A DNA stretch of 64,000 bases, taken from sequence record OQ174501.1; one strand, 5' to 3'. A program made the translations under genes and the position numbers. Positions 1 through 16,891 of this stretch are shown in pieces. A model generated the notes under the pieces. It saw nothing but the letters and a program-made list of their open reading frames with translations, was not told the DNA's origin and searched no databases. Positions within the stretch are counted from its first letter, which is position 1. Every line of letters starts with the position of its first letter. This DNA comes from Escherichia phage REP2.

Positions 1-41
1 TTCTCGAGAACTAATTCATGAGTTTCAGGGATCAGAAGCAT
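1..41 (-). CDS. 68: prohead core protein gp68, N-terminal fragment (gene runs off the window edge)
   Basis: ATG overlapping the gp67 stop (TAATG); lies downstream of gene 67 as in T4; only about 13 codons visible. Confidence 0.3.
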   Translation of the reverse strand, partial: MLLIPETHELVLE

Positions 42-288
42 TATTCATCATCCTCGTCTTCGTCATCTTCATCAGAGTCTTTGTCTTTTTTGTCGTCTTT
101 ATCATCACTATCTTCGTCATCATCTTCATCCTCGTCTTCAGGTTCTTCACCTTCGATTAAGAAATTACGAGCGATAGCGATTTTTTCTTCTTTAATTAAA
201 TCAATCGTTCTTGCAGCCATGGCTTCAGCAAATAATTTACGAGCGGCTACGAGGTCGTTTGATTTAATAGCTTCAATTAAACCTTCCA

Positions 289-289
<1 letters not shown>
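41..289 (-). CDS. 67: prohead core protein gp67
   Basis: 82 aa with poly-acidic D/E tail, immediately downstream of gene 20 as in T4. Confidence 0.8.
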
Positions 290-1914
<1,625 letters not shown>

Positions 1915-1923
1915 TTAAGCAGG

Positions 1924-1941
1924 ATGGGGATTTCTCCCCAT
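1924..1941 (-). other. intergenic stem-loop between genes 19 and 20
   Basis: 7-bp perfect stem ATGGGGA/TCCCCAT with 4-nt loop; no clear U-tract on the transcribed strand. Confidence 0.4.
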
Positions 1942-1946
1942 TCATT

Positions 1947-2438
1947 TTATTCCCAATAATCGAGAGCAAGAGTTACTTCAAATGTTTGGATTTCATTGTT
2001 TGAATCCCAATCTAACTGAAGTTCACCCACGTTAGTAGGCCACAGACCTTTAATTTCAATTTCTTTTGTTACTGTTTTAGCGTCACGAGCATATTGACGA
2101 ACGATAGCGCTCTTTTTATACTCTGCTGGTTTTCCACCAGTAATTTCGTTCCCTTGCCCAGCAGCAATGCTTTGCCAATCAACAAACTTCTGACGAGCAT
2201 CATGTGCCTCATCGTTCATTACTGTAACAGTCCAGTCATCGAATGTACGATCGCCTGCTACGTTAATTTTACGGTTCATAAAACCGACTGGAATTTTTTC
2301 TACAATACCAGCTGGTAAAGCAGTGGCTTTACATTGAAACGTAAAATTTTGTCCAAGATAAGAAATTTCTACTTGGAATAAGTTAGGTCGAGCAAAATCA
2401 CCAGATTCAAACGCTCGTGTTACATCATCTACAAACAT
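1947..2438 (-). CDS. 19: tail tube protein gp19
   Basis: 163 aa, size and sequence as T4 gp19. Confidence 0.95.
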   Translation of the reverse strand: MFVDDVTRAFESGDFARPNLFQVEISYLGQNFTFQCKATALPAGIVEKIPVGFMNRKINVAGDRTFDDWTVTVMNDEAHDARQKFVDWQSIAAGQGNEITGGKPAEYKKSAIVRQYARDAKTVTKEIEIKGLWPTNVGELQLDWDSNNEIQTFEVTLALDYWE

Positions 2439-2452
2439 ATTAGCCTCTGTAG

Positions 2453-2460
2453 TATTTATA
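2453..2460 (-). promoter_or_regulatory. T4 late promoter TATAAATA (gene 19, proximal)
   Basis: TATTTATA on plus strand about 15 nt upstream of gp19 ATG. Confidence 0.45.
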
Positions 2461-2511
2461 TCCCTATGTTTAACCTAGGGCATATAGAATTAAAGAATTA
2501 AGGATATAGTG

Positions 2512-2519
2512 TATTTATA
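2512..2519 (-). promoter_or_regulatory. T4 late promoter TATAAATA (gene 19, distal)
   Basis: TATTTATA on plus strand, immediately downstream of the gene 18 stem-loop. Confidence 0.5.
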
Positions 2520-2520
2520 T

Positions 2521-2540
2521 GGCCTGCCGAAACAGGCCTT
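2521..2540 (-). other. intergenic stem-loop after gene 18
   Basis: GGCCTG-ccgaaa-CAGGCC perfect 6-bp stem. Confidence 0.4.
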
Positions 2541-2554
2541 TAGAATGCACCGTA

Positions 2555-4534
2555 TTAACCTGCAAGACCAGTTAACTCATCGAAATCTGCACCAGTAGCA
2601 GTTGCTACGAAGTTCAAGGTAATGTAGTTAATGCTTCTAGCCGGTTGAATGTAGAATGTTGCAACAAACTCATTTCTATCAATTACTGACGGAGTGTTAT
2701 TTGTTGTATCGCAAACTACACGATATTCATAAATTCCACCGAGAGCTTTAATTCCCTGTAAGTATTGGGCAGTTTCTGTGCGGAATGATGAACGAGTAAA
2801 CGCGTTGTTTAATTCGAACAAACGATATTTTGAACTACGTCCGATATTCGTTTTCAACATATTAAACAGACGACGAACGTTAATACGATCAAATGGAGAA
2901 GGAACAGAAGTAGCTGTTTTATCACCATACAATACGTAACCATCACCACCTGTACCAGTTACTGGGTTGATAGCTTCTTGATATAAACGGTCGCGCTGAG
3001 CTTGGCGAGTTTCAATAGCAAGTTTAATAACGTTAAGAATCTGACCACGATTATAACCAGCTGGAGACATCCAAGTCTGAGAAACGTTATCAGTTCTCGC
3101 GCATAAACCAGCAATGTCAGCTGCTAATGGAACCCAACGATTTACATCATTATATTTGTCATACTGATACTTGTAGTTACCATCAATTGCTGCATAGGTT
3201 GAACTGATATTAAAGTTATTATCAGTGTATGAACCTGCCGCAGTTCTCCAGTTAACTAAATTATCTACTGCACGAGTTACAGGAATTCCAACAACAGTTT
3301 CACGCGGCGGTGAGCACAATACTAAGCAATCTTGGCGAGCATCTCCAATTGAAACGACGTGTTTTTGGACAGTAGATGCTGTTTCTAAAGATTCACCGGC
3401 ACAAGAACCCGCAATAAACAACTGAACGTCAACAGATTCGCGGTCAGCAAAGAAGTCCCAAGCTTCCATCAAATCTCCTGCTGTTACTTCAGCATTTGAT
3501 GATAATCCACCAGACAGAGTTAAAATTCCAGAGAAGCCTTCTGGCCAGTTTTGCGCAGTTGCGAAAATATATTCTGAACCACCTTTTGCGAAAAAGTCAT
3601 CAATATAGATGTTACTATCGTAAATATCTTTTTCACCTCGCTTTGTCGAAAGAACAACGCTTTGAACAATAGCATCATTGCGACGAACTATAATAGCGTA
3701 TTGTGAATCAGTTTGTGGTCCATATCCAAACACTGCTTTGGCAGTAGATGCACGAGTACCACCACCTGGATAAATTGGGAGTAATGCAGAAGCTCCTTTT
3801 GCATAGTCAGCTTTAGATACGATTTCAATTTCAATTTTATCGCCCAACTCGCCTGGATAAAGCGCTACTACTCCTGGAATTCCGTATTTTTCGAGATTTG
3901 CTTGAAAGTCAACCGCTGTCATAGCAGCTTCAGCATTTTCAATTTCAGCTAATAAAATACCAGAATCAGTAATAATTTTTCCAAGAGTTATTACTGCAGC
4001 TAAACCAGAGGAAGACGAAGAAATTTCGGCAGTCCAGTTAGAACCTAGTGCTGGATACTCACCGACTTCTTTCGCTTTAGCGATAATTTTTGCAGTAGGA
4101 ATATTAATTTTCTTAATTTTTCCATCAGCATCTACTTCGGTAACTTTACCTTCTGTTTCAACATCTTCTGAAACATACTTAACCGTGATTTTATCTCCAA
4201 CCGCGTAGTTACTACCTGGGGTAGAAATAGTGTATTCAATATTACCGGTAATCGGAGATGAGTTTTTAGCGGTATCTCTATCGACAGCACGAACTACTCG
4301 TAAGTCATTTCCGTACTGCAAGAAATTCATCGCAGACATAAAATAGTCAGCAGTTTCAGCCGTAGGTTGACCAAAAGTATTAACTAAATCTACTTCATTT
4401 GTAACCTGTTTAATTTGAAAAGCAGGACCCCACTGGAATTTACCGGCCAAAGCTGCTGTACCAGTAGAGTTATTAACTACGGTGCTTTGAACCGTAGTTT
4501 CTTTGAGCTCAATGCCCGGAGATAATAAAGTCAT
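2555..4534 (-). CDS. 18: tail sheath protein gp18
   Basis: 659 aa, identical length to T4 gp18, synteny. Confidence 0.95.
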   Translation of the reverse strand: MTLLSPGIELKETTVQSTVVNNSTGTAALAGKFQWGPAFQIKQVTNEVDLVNTFGQPTAETADYFMSAMNFLQYGNDLRVVRAVDRDTAKNSSPITGNIEYTISTPGSNYAVGDKITVKYVSEDVETEGKVTEVDADGKIKKINIPTAKIIAKAKEVGEYPALGSNWTAEISSSSSGLAAVITLGKIITDSGILLAEIENAEAAMTAVDFQANLEKYGIPGVVALYPGELGDKIEIEIVSKADYAKGASALLPIYPGGGTRASTAKAVFGYGPQTDSQYAIIVRRNDAIVQSVVLSTKRGEKDIYDSNIYIDDFFAKGGSEYIFATAQNWPEGFSGILTLSGGLSSNAEVTAGDLMEAWDFFADRESVDVQLFIAGSCAGESLETASTVQKHVVSIGDARQDCLVLCSPPRETVVGIPVTRAVDNLVNWRTAAGSYTDNNFNISSTYAAIDGNYKYQYDKYNDVNRWVPLAADIAGLCARTDNVSQTWMSPAGYNRGQILNVIKLAIETRQAQRDRLYQEAINPVTGTGGDGYVLYGDKTATSVPSPFDRINVRRLFNMLKTNIGRSSKYRLFELNNAFTRSSFRTETAQYLQGIKALGGIYEYRVVCDTTNNTPSVIDRNEFVATFYIQPARSINYITLNFVATATGADFDELTGLAG

Positions 4535-4562
4535 TTTTAATCCTCTTTAATATGCTTTAATA

Positions 4563-7703
<3,141 letters not shown>

Positions 7704-7744
7704 GATTTCTCCTAATCTGGGCTTTAATTAGTTTATAATATTTA

Positions 7745-9446
<1,702 letters not shown>

Positions 9447-9458
9447 TTAAAATCCTTT

Positions 9459-9474
9459 GGGGCCTTGCGGCCCC
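9459..9474 (-). other. intergenic stem-loop between wac and gene 13
   Basis: GGGGCC-ttgc-GGCCCC perfect 6-bp stem. Confidence 0.4.
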
Positions 9475-9478
9475 CATG

Positions 9479-10936
9479 TTATGCTGGTGATAAAAAGGTA
9501 GAAAGTAGTACCCATTCGCCGTCTTTACGAACGTAAGCTTGGCCATCTTTTGGAGCTTCAGGAATATAACCTGCTTCTTGTAGAGCTTGAACGCTGCTCT
9601 GTAAAGAGGATATATTGTCTTTAGCTGTATTTACTTCATGTGTGACTGCCGCAATGTTGGTTTCATTCGTTTTTACAGAATTAGTTAATCCTCGTTCTTC
9701 AACAGTTGATCCGTCAGGATTATTTCCATTTATAAGTGAAGTAAGTTCAATAACTTGACCTTTAATTCCTGTTCTATTATTTCCTATTTCAACTTGTATA
9801 TTTTGAACATTATTGTTTAAAACTGAAACTTCTCCTTCAAGCACTGAAACTTTATTTAATAGAGATCCAGAAGGAGACGGTTGTCCTCCGCTGGAGTCAG
9901 TTCCAACAATTTGATTTAACCACGAAACATTCGCTCTTAAACCAGACGAAGTGTTTTCACCAACAATTCCGTTTAAAGACTCAATAGAAGTTGTGTGATT
10001 TTTAATTTTTCCTTTAATGCTAGAAGGAATATCATCTGAACCTATAGAAGTTTCAATAGCCGTTAAGCGTTGTTTAACACCTTCACTCTGATTTAATTCA
10101 TTATTAATAGCTTCAATGCTACTTTTGTTATTATTAATTTCTGTTATTATAGAAACATTTTCTGGGTATCCAATAGAAGATTTAATTTCTGCTATATCAG
10201 AATTTATTAAAGTTTGTTTATCATCTATAGTGTTTAATCTATTATAAATATTTGGTCCAAAATCTACCGGTTTATTACCAAGTTCATCACGTAATTTACC
10301 AACTTCAACAGTTAATGATCCTACGTCAGATTCAGTAAATTTATTTTCTAATTCGCTTAAACGAATGCCCTGTGAAGATAATAATGTACTATTTGTTATT
10401 ATTCTGTGTTTCATTCCTGTGCTAGCATTACCAACAACAGGAAGACCGTTAATGTCTTGGCCAGAATATTGTCCTAATTCCTGTTTAATCCACAATAAAT
10501 CATTTCTAATTGTTCTATAAACAGAGTTTTCTTCATCATTAAATGGACCTATATCAGCAATAATTTTGTCAACTGTATTATTGGTTCCAGTTAATATATC
10601 AGTGTGTTCACTGGTAAGTGTCTTTAAATTCGATATGTCATTTTTATTAACACTGATCTGCGATAGTGCTTCTATATCTCCTGATACATCTAAAACTCCT
10701 TGAATTGTTTTAATATCTTTCTGTGATGTTTCAATGGCAGTTTTAAGAATTCCCACATTTTCATCAAGAACTTCGACGTTTTTAAACACGGAAACAATTG
10801 GTCTATTCATTGATCCATCATTTCCATACTTAGTACTAGCTCCTAATATTTCTTCACCATTTTTAATCCATGAAATACGTTCCTGACCTTCGTCAGGAAC
10901 GCTATCAACAAAAGGTAACTCTTTTAATTCAATCAT
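9479..10936 (-). CDS. wac: fibritin (whisker) Wac
   Basis: 485 aa coiled-coil protein ending in the foldon [27 protein letters not shown]. Confidence 0.95.
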   Translation of the reverse strand: MIELKELPFVDSVPDEGQERISWIKNGEEILGASTKYGNDGSMNRPIVSVFKNVEVLDENVGILKTAIETSQKDIKTIQGVLDVSGDIEALSQISVNKNDISNLKTLTSEHTDILTGTNNTVDKIIADIGPFNDEENSVYRTIRNDLLWIKQELGQYSGQDINGLPVVGNASTGMKHRIITNSTLLSSQGIRLSELENKFTESDVGSLTVEVGKLRDELGNKPVDFGPNIYNRLNTIDDKQTLINSDIAEIKSSIGYPENVSIITEINNNKSSIEAINNELNQSEGVKQRLTAIETSIGSDDIPSSIKGKIKNHTTSIESLNGIVGENTSSGLRANVSWLNQIVGTDSSGGQPSPSGSLLNKVSVLEGEVSVLNNNVQNIQVEIGNNRTGIKGQVIELTSLINGNNPDGSTVEERGLTNSVKTNETNIAAVTHEVNTAKDNISSLQSSVQALQEAGYIPEAPKDGQAYVRKDGEWVLLSTFLSPA

Positions 10937-10945
10937 TTGTAATCC

Positions 10946-12496
10946 TTAGTAATGAACTTTAATAATATAGTTTAATGATATATTCCATGGTCTAGTTTCA
11001 TAACCAATTAATCCTTCACGATTAAGTGTACCATGAGCATCTCTCGGTCCACCTAATTCAAATCCATCATTAGTGAAGTATGAAGCATTATCCCAGTCGG
11101 AATATTTTCTAGTTCCAAGATATCCTTGATAAACTGACGCGCCAAATGGGCCTTCACTTCTGTTATATTCACCCCAACCACCAGCATGTTTATGGTATGA
11201 CATTTGTTGTGCCTGAACACCACCAACATGCATTCCGTCACATCCTACGCCCAGTCTATCCTTTCCATAGCCATCTTGTCCACGTTGATTTAAAATATGA
11301 CCGCCTGTGCCGGCTCCTCTGACGAAAAGACCTCGCATATCAGGAATCCCTGGATTATTCCAATCCCCACCAAATCTTGTTCCAACTACGTTTCTATAAT
11401 CAGGAAATTGGTCACCTGACACGGTTCCACCATGACACATAATCCAACCTGGAGGTGCTGAATCACCTGCAAACATCATAATAGTCCCAACTGGAATTCT
11501 TTCGGACGCATATCTTTCAGTGGCAACAGGTTGATCGCCATTTTTCCACATTCCGCCGCGCGACCAAATTCCGTTTGCTGTAAGATGGTCTAAATTTAAA
11601 GAACCATTAATAGTTTGTCCACCACGAGTATTAATTACATCTGCGTTCCATGCTAATGCTCCAGAACTATCACCTTCAGGGGCAATACCGGCTTGCGTCG
11701 TTAATTTAACTACTCCGCGCATAGAACCAGTAGCTCCTCGACCATTTAGTGTTTCACCTGTTACTGCAACATCTCCCAAATTACTGTTAATTTCCGATTG
11801 TGTTCCTAGGCGTATAACACCCTTATATTCTTGTGTTGCAACAGAATTCATAAAGGTATACGGGGAAATTGCATATCCTTCGCGGAGAGTTCCTTGACGA
11901 GTTTGCGCAACAGTAGATAATTGAACTACTCCTCTCACCGATTCTGTTGCAGTGTCTTCTGAAGGAGCTATTTGTGAAATTAATTTTATTGCAAGTTTTT
12001 GGGTTTTTAATGGAGTCATTGCCGTAGTATCATCTACGCCGGCCAAAGCTGCAGGTGTAGATGATATTTTAATAACCCCGTTTGATGACTCAGACGAATA
12101 TCTATTTTGGAACACATCGTCAGTATGGTATTTCAGTTTTTGTGGCGTTATTGATGAATTATTATCTGATCCTTCTAATGTTTCTTCATTTGTTGAATAG
12201 CGCGTTAAACCATACTTAGTTTCAGTAGCATTTGGATACAATAATCTTGTTGCTAATGTAGCTGGTGTAACGATTTTAGAATTATTAGTTCCATCTAAAA
12301 CCTCTTGCTCTGACGCAATCATTGCTATTCCTTTAACTTCCATAGTTGCATCAGGAATACCATTTACGCCGATATTACTTATTTTTGATAATGCAGACTG
12401 TACTGTCGTAACAGTGCCAGGAAAATTCGATCCAGTAGGATCGAATTTAACATATTTTGATTCATTTGATACGTGCTGATATGTATTGTTACTCAT
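10946..12496 (-). CDS. 12: short tail fibre gp12
   Basis: 516 aa (T4 is 527 from memory), Gly-rich C-terminal domain with HxH, synteny. Confidence 0.9.
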   Translation of the reverse strand: MSNNTYQHVSNESKYVKFDPTGSNFPGTVTTVQSALSKISNIGVNGIPDATMEVKGIAMIASEQEVLDGTNNSKIVTPATLATRLLYPNATETKYGLTRYSTNEETLEGSDNNSSITPQKLKYHTDDVFQNRYSSESSNGVIKISSTPAALAGVDDTTAMTPLKTQKLAIKLISQIAPSEDTATESVRGVVQLSTVAQTRQGTLREGYAISPYTFMNSVATQEYKGVIRLGTQSEINSNLGDVAVTGETLNGRGATGSMRGVVKLTTQAGIAPEGDSSGALAWNADVINTRGGQTINGSLNLDHLTANGIWSRGGMWKNGDQPVATERYASERIPVGTIMMFAGDSAPPGWIMCHGGTVSGDQFPDYRNVVGTRFGGDWNNPGIPDMRGLFVRGAGTGGHILNQRGQDGYGKDRLGVGCDGMHVGGVQAQQMSYHKHAGGWGEYNRSEGPFGASVYQGYLGTRKYSDWDNASYFTNDGFELGGPRDAHGTLNREGLIGYETRPWNISLNYIIKVHY

Positions 12497-13152
12497 GCTA
12501 CTCTCTCAAAATAATAAAATACTGTAGGTTGTGTGTGACTATCTAGCGTAACAGTTTGCGCACCTAATAATTGCCAAGTTCCATACCCAGGTTTAGAAGG
12601 AGAAATTATTTCCTGTTTGAAAGTAATTCCTTTATCAGAGTATTGTTCTAAGATATGTTCTTGGTTATCTAAATACTTAACTTGTATTTTATTTCCTATG
12701 GTAGGATGGTCTTCAAATGAATCAATTGCAATAAATTTTACAACCATTTCCTGTAGAGCTATTCTAACGGCACTAGTAAATTCAATTGAAGTCATTCCAT
12801 TAGTAGCTTTAACTGGAATACCAAACATGTTAACAATAACTGGGTCACCTGATTTGACTGAAGTATCAGTAACAGTTCCTTCAAATGACCAATAGTCGGT
12901 TTGTTGCACGCCAGTAGGAGATACGCCGCTTATATTAACTAATACAGCTCCAACCGGTTGCTCTGCCATATTTCTAACGTCATTGATAGCAGATTCTACA
13001 TTTGAATCATAAAAACCTTTTGATATTTGTGAAATTGTTACAGCGCCTACTGGCTGATTATTCATAATCGAAATATCATTTTTCTTAGTTCTAAAACCAA
13101 GAAAATCCGCTAAGCGGGAAATAACTCCCGCTTTATTATTAAGTAAACTCAT
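12493..13152 (-). CDS. 11: baseplate wedge protein gp11
   Basis: 219 aa from [14 protein letters not shown]; start overlaps gp10 stop (TAATG). Confidence 0.9.
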   Translation of the reverse strand: MSLLNNKAGVISRLADFLGFRTKKNDISIMNNQPVGAVTISQISKGFYDSNVESAINDVRNMAEQPVGAVLVNISGVSPTGVQQTDYWSFEGTVTDTSVKSGDPVIVNMFGIPVKATNGMTSIEFTSAVRIALQEMVVKFIAIDSFEDHPTIGNKIQVKYLDNQEHILEQYSDKGITFKQEIISPSKPGYGTWQLLGAQTVTLDSHTQPTVFYYFERVA

Positions 13153-14957
13153 TATGCAATCCTTATCCAACGGTATACAGTAATAGACGGTTGAATATTA
13201 CTAATATTAGTAGGAGGAGTATGTGAAGAGTTTGTTGTTGCATAGTCTTCACGATATTTTGTATATATAGGACCAGTTTCATCTGGGTCATATTGACAAC
13301 CTCCAATAATAACTGATCCATTTTCATCTTCAATTAAAACTCTTTCGTCAGTTTTAGTCGCAGGAAGATTTGCATTTTCAAGCGTTACTGACGTTGTTCC
13401 AACTGTTCCACCGGCAGTGTGTGAAGGATTTCCGCTAGAATCTAAATCATTATTGTTTAATGCAAAGTTTGGATCTGTAACATCATCATTCCATCCTACT
13501 AAAACTTGTCCTTTACCAAATAATTTCCACGAACCAAACCCCATATAAGTCACCGGATTATTTGGGTTTATAGCATTTTCATAAATTGAACCTACAGGAT
13601 AAATGCTATCGAAAATAGATGATATTGAATTATACGTTCTAGTATAAGAATCAACTTTTTCAACATTTGGCCAGCCAATTTTATCAAAATCTGTTAAGGC
13701 TACATCGCCAGTAACTTCAGTAGACGATCCTTTGCTAACATAACGGTCATCAGTCAATTCAATGATGTCATCTTTTTCTAAAAGAGTTCCTAAATCATTA
13801 TTGAACCACGTTATAACGATTATATCGCCTGATTCAAATTTTCTATCAAATAAAAGACTGGTAGGTTTTCCATCTTCATATTCTATAGAATAATCTGTGT
13901 TTGATTCTTTCCATTCGCCACCAAGAGATATACATCCTTCTTGCGTATCTGAATTAGCGCCTTCGCACAAAAACAGAGGATACCCAGCTGTTCCAGCCTG
14001 TTGCTGTAAAATTCCATTAAAACGAACCTCAAGAGAATTAGGATTAATGGGTTCGCCAGGAATTAATCCAAAAGCTGAAAATGGAATTGATTTCATCGCC
14101 GATAAATCAGTAACATAAATGCTTCCTTCTAAAGAAGTCTTTGATGTTAGTTTTGAATCTAGCACTTTTATTTGGCGTCTTGTATATGAACTTCTCCATT
14201 GTGATACACCATCCATAAACGTTTCAATTTGAACAGTGTCGCCAATATTACAAGGCTGTCTTAACCTAATATTAAATCCATCAAGAGGAATTAATTCTCC
14301 TTCATTTTCCCCAGGAGAGCCAAAGTCACTGTTTTCACTAAATACATCGCCGTAATATAATTCGTTACCGCGGTGTTTTACTCTGATGTTATTGACATTA
14401 TAACTAGTTCCATGGAAAACATCTAAAAAGTCAGTTTGTCCTTGAACTTCTACTAAAAATTCTTTGCGAGCTACATTACTAATATCTGAACTAATAATTT
14501 TATCAATTTGTTTGTTTTTGACATACTCCCAACGTCCTGGAGCGCAATAAACGAGCTCTAAATCACTAAATTGAATATTAATTTCAACTGACGATGACGA
14601 CCCTTTAATTGTATCCCCAGAAGCAGCTACTAAAGTAACTGGATTAATGTTCCATGTTGCAAATACATCCCTAGCTCTAATTACTTTATTATAATCATTA
14701 ACAGTTCCTTTAGGAAGTTGTAAAGTTACTCTTCCAGAAGAGGTATTAATAGCGTATGATTTTCCCCACTTAGCTTTTAATGTTTGACCGGATGAAGCAT
14801 TATAAGTTTTCCAGGCACCGGCTGAATATGGAACATCTCCATCGCCAAGTTCATAATAAAGTTCATCAAAGTTTTCATTTATTTTTATACCACCTTTACG
14901 CAGGTAGTCACCGGTACCATCATCAACAACATTACCGATATTAATATTTTGTTTCAT
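13152..14957 (-). CDS. 10: baseplate wedge protein gp10
   Basis: 601 aa, synteny. Confidence 0.9.
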   Translation of the reverse strand: MKQNINIGNVVDDGTGDYLRKGGIKINENFDELYYELGDGDVPYSAGAWKTYNASSGQTLKAKWGKSYAINTSSGRVTLQLPKGTVNDYNKVIRARDVFATWNINPVTLVAASGDTIKGSSSSVEINIQFSDLELVYCAPGRWEYVKNKQIDKIISSDISNVARKEFLVEVQGQTDFLDVFHGTSYNVNNIRVKHRGNELYYGDVFSENSDFGSPGENEGELIPLDGFNIRLRQPCNIGDTVQIETFMDGVSQWRSSYTRRQIKVLDSKLTSKTSLEGSIYVTDLSAMKSIPFSAFGLIPGEPINPNSLEVRFNGILQQQAGTAGYPLFLCEGANSDTQEGCISLGGEWKESNTDYSIEYEDGKPTSLLFDRKFESGDIIVITWFNNDLGTLLEKDDIIELTDDRYVSKGSSTEVTGDVALTDFDKIGWPNVEKVDSYTRTYNSISSIFDSIYPVGSIYENAINPNNPVTYMGFGSWKLFGKGQVLVGWNDDVTDPNFALNNNDLDSSGNPSHTAGGTVGTTSVTLENANLPATKTDERVLIEDENGSVIIGGCQYDPDETGPIYTKYREDYATTNSSHTPPTNISNIQPSITVYRWIRIA

Positions 14958-15823
14958 TATTGAGCCACCCCGATTTTCTGCGTAGCGATAACTTTAACTG
15001 CTGCTCTCATACCGACAGTTGAAGAACTTATAGTCGCTGTTACATAATTTGTTTTAATACTAAATGCAATATTAGCGATTTCGTCTTCTTCAGTTTCATT
15101 CCCAACTCGCATGACAGCATATTCAGAAGAAATGACCGCTGAATTAACAGTATCTACAAGAATATTTATTTCTGCCGTTTTAATTTTTCTTCCATCTACT
15201 GATTGGCATGTAACTAACAATTTAGCCATGTTATATTCAGTACGATGAAACAATGGAATGTCAACTGACCCAGATGTAGAAATATTCCATGTACCTTCGG
15301 CCGGTGATTCCTTTTGGCCAAACATACTTTCAATAGAATAATTCCAAACTGACGTAGAATTATCAGATGAAATACAACGTAAAGTAACTTTACTATATGG
15401 GCTAGTTACTACCAAATTACCCGAAACACCTTTAATTGAATCAATAGCCTGAATCGTTAAAGGATTAGTAACTGATATTGATCCATTAGAGTTAATGAAT
15501 TCAACACAATCGCCAAGTTCTCCTCTTTCAATAATAACTTTAACACCTACAGTAGAGGTATCAATATCATGTCTAGTGCCAACTTTCACTGGAGTTGCGT
15601 ACTCCGCGATAGAGTGCTTTTGATAATATCCAGTAGCATGGATAATTTGACCATCTGCTCCAGTGCCATTTGCTACTGCCATTTTACGCTGATCGCCAAA
15701 CGCATTATAAATTGCGTTAAAATCACTATTAATTTTATTACCACCGTCGAATAAGATATCACCAGTAGAAGCGTTACCAATTTCGCCGGTATCAATCAAT
15801 TTCTTTGGTTCTTGAATGAACAT
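14957..15823 (-). CDS. 9: baseplate wedge / long-tail-fibre socket gp9
   Basis: 288 aa, synteny. Confidence 0.9.
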   Translation of the reverse strand: MFIQEPKKLIDTGEIGNASTGDILFDGGNKINSDFNAIYNAFGDQRKMAVANGTGADGQIIHATGYYQKHSIAEYATPVKVGTRHDIDTSTVGVKVIIERGELGDCVEFINSNGSISVTNPLTIQAIDSIKGVSGNLVVTSPYSKVTLRCISSDNSTSVWNYSIESMFGQKESPAEGTWNISTSGSVDIPLFHRTEYNMAKLLVTCQSVDGRKIKTAEINILVDTVNSAVISSEYAVMRVGNETEEDEIANIAFSIKTNYVTATISSSTVGMRAAVKVIATQKIGVAQ

Positions 15824-15847
15824 AGCGGTTTCCTTATGAGTTTATAG

Positions 15848-15855
15848 TATTTATA
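15848..15855 (-). promoter_or_regulatory. T4 late promoter TATAAATA (gene 9)
   Basis: TATTTATA on plus strand about 25 nt upstream of gp9 ATG. Confidence 0.6.
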
Positions 15856-15884
15856 AAGAAAAAGGGAGCCCATGGGCTCCCTTA
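15856..15884 (-). terminator. rho-independent terminator after gene 8
   Basis: AGGGAGCC-catg-GGCTCCCT stem followed by U-run on the minus strand. Confidence 0.55.
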
Positions 15885-15886
15885 AT

Positions 15887-16891
15887 TTAAAATGTAAACA
15901 GAATATTGATTTCTTCTGTTTGATCCATTGCCATGATAATAGGTGGCCTATTTTCCATATAAATCATTTCGCCCGAATGCCTCATTAAATCTTCCGGATC
16001 ATAATAATCCTTTTCAGCTTTAACGTTTGGGTCATTTGGATGAGCTTTAGCTTCAAGAGGATTCGTGATTATTGATATTTGTCTAAATCCTTTATTTCCC
16101 GGCAATGCAGCTTCTGGAAAATAAACTGAATCTAAATATGCTTTAAAACGGATAGTATTTGCCTTAACACGGTAAATTAATCCAAAATCATCTTGTTGCC
16201 AAGTGAGATTATCTTCATACCCCCATCTAGTTGGGTCTTCTTTTAATTCCTCAGGCCAAGGAACTACGATATATTCATTTGTGCATCTATTTATAGATAC
16301 ATCAGGCGGAATCTCAAAAAGATATTCCCAAACATATCCGTCTCCAGGTTCGATTGTTCCTTCCGCGTCTCCTCGACCTTCAGGAGGAGTCATTGACCTA
16401 ACAGAAGGTGTCCATTTTCCGCCTAATTTAAGGCATTCATCCTTATCAGTTAAAGATGCGATTGAACACATTCCAGTATCAGGAACATCTAAACAACGAT
16501 ATACTAGCCATCCTGCGCCTGATTCAGTAGCATTGTAAGGAGCTGAGTTACATACTACAATATCGTTAATTCTAAATGTGTATGGATCCGGATATCTAGT
16601 ATCTCCCCAATCTCTACGAGGAATAACCGCATCAAGCATTGATGGAAGAACCTTTACTGTTCCCATCATATGCGTCCACATGTCAGTTACGCCTAATACA
16701 GAATCGGTTGGATAAGGTGGGGCAAAGCCCACCTCATTTTCATTTGATGACCACGGTTCTGATCTTCCAAATGTGATAAAGATAGTGTTTTTATCCGGAC
16801 CACTTCCAATTGAATTATAAAAATTCAACATTTTTTCTGTTCTAAATTTTGAAGTAACTATCGCACGATAGATAACACTTGAATCATTCAT
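15887..16891 (-). CDS. 8: baseplate wedge protein gp8
   Basis: 334 aa, synteny. Confidence 0.9.
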   Translation of the reverse strand: MNDSSVIYRAIVTSKFRTEKMLNFYNSIGSGPDKNTIFITFGRSEPWSSNENEVGFAPPYPTDSVLGVTDMWTHMMGTVKVLPSMLDAVIPRRDWGDTRYPDPYTFRINDIVVCNSAPYNATESGAGWLVYRCLDVPDTGMCSIASLTDKDECLKLGGKWTPSVRSMTPPEGRGDAEGTIEPGDGYVWEYLFEIPPDVSINRCTNEYIVVPWPEELKEDPTRWGYEDNLTWQQDDFGLIYRVKANTIRFKAYLDSVYFPEAALPGNKGFRQISIITNPLEAKAHPNDPNVKAEKDYYDPEDLMRHSGEMIYMENRPPIIMAMDQTEEINILFTF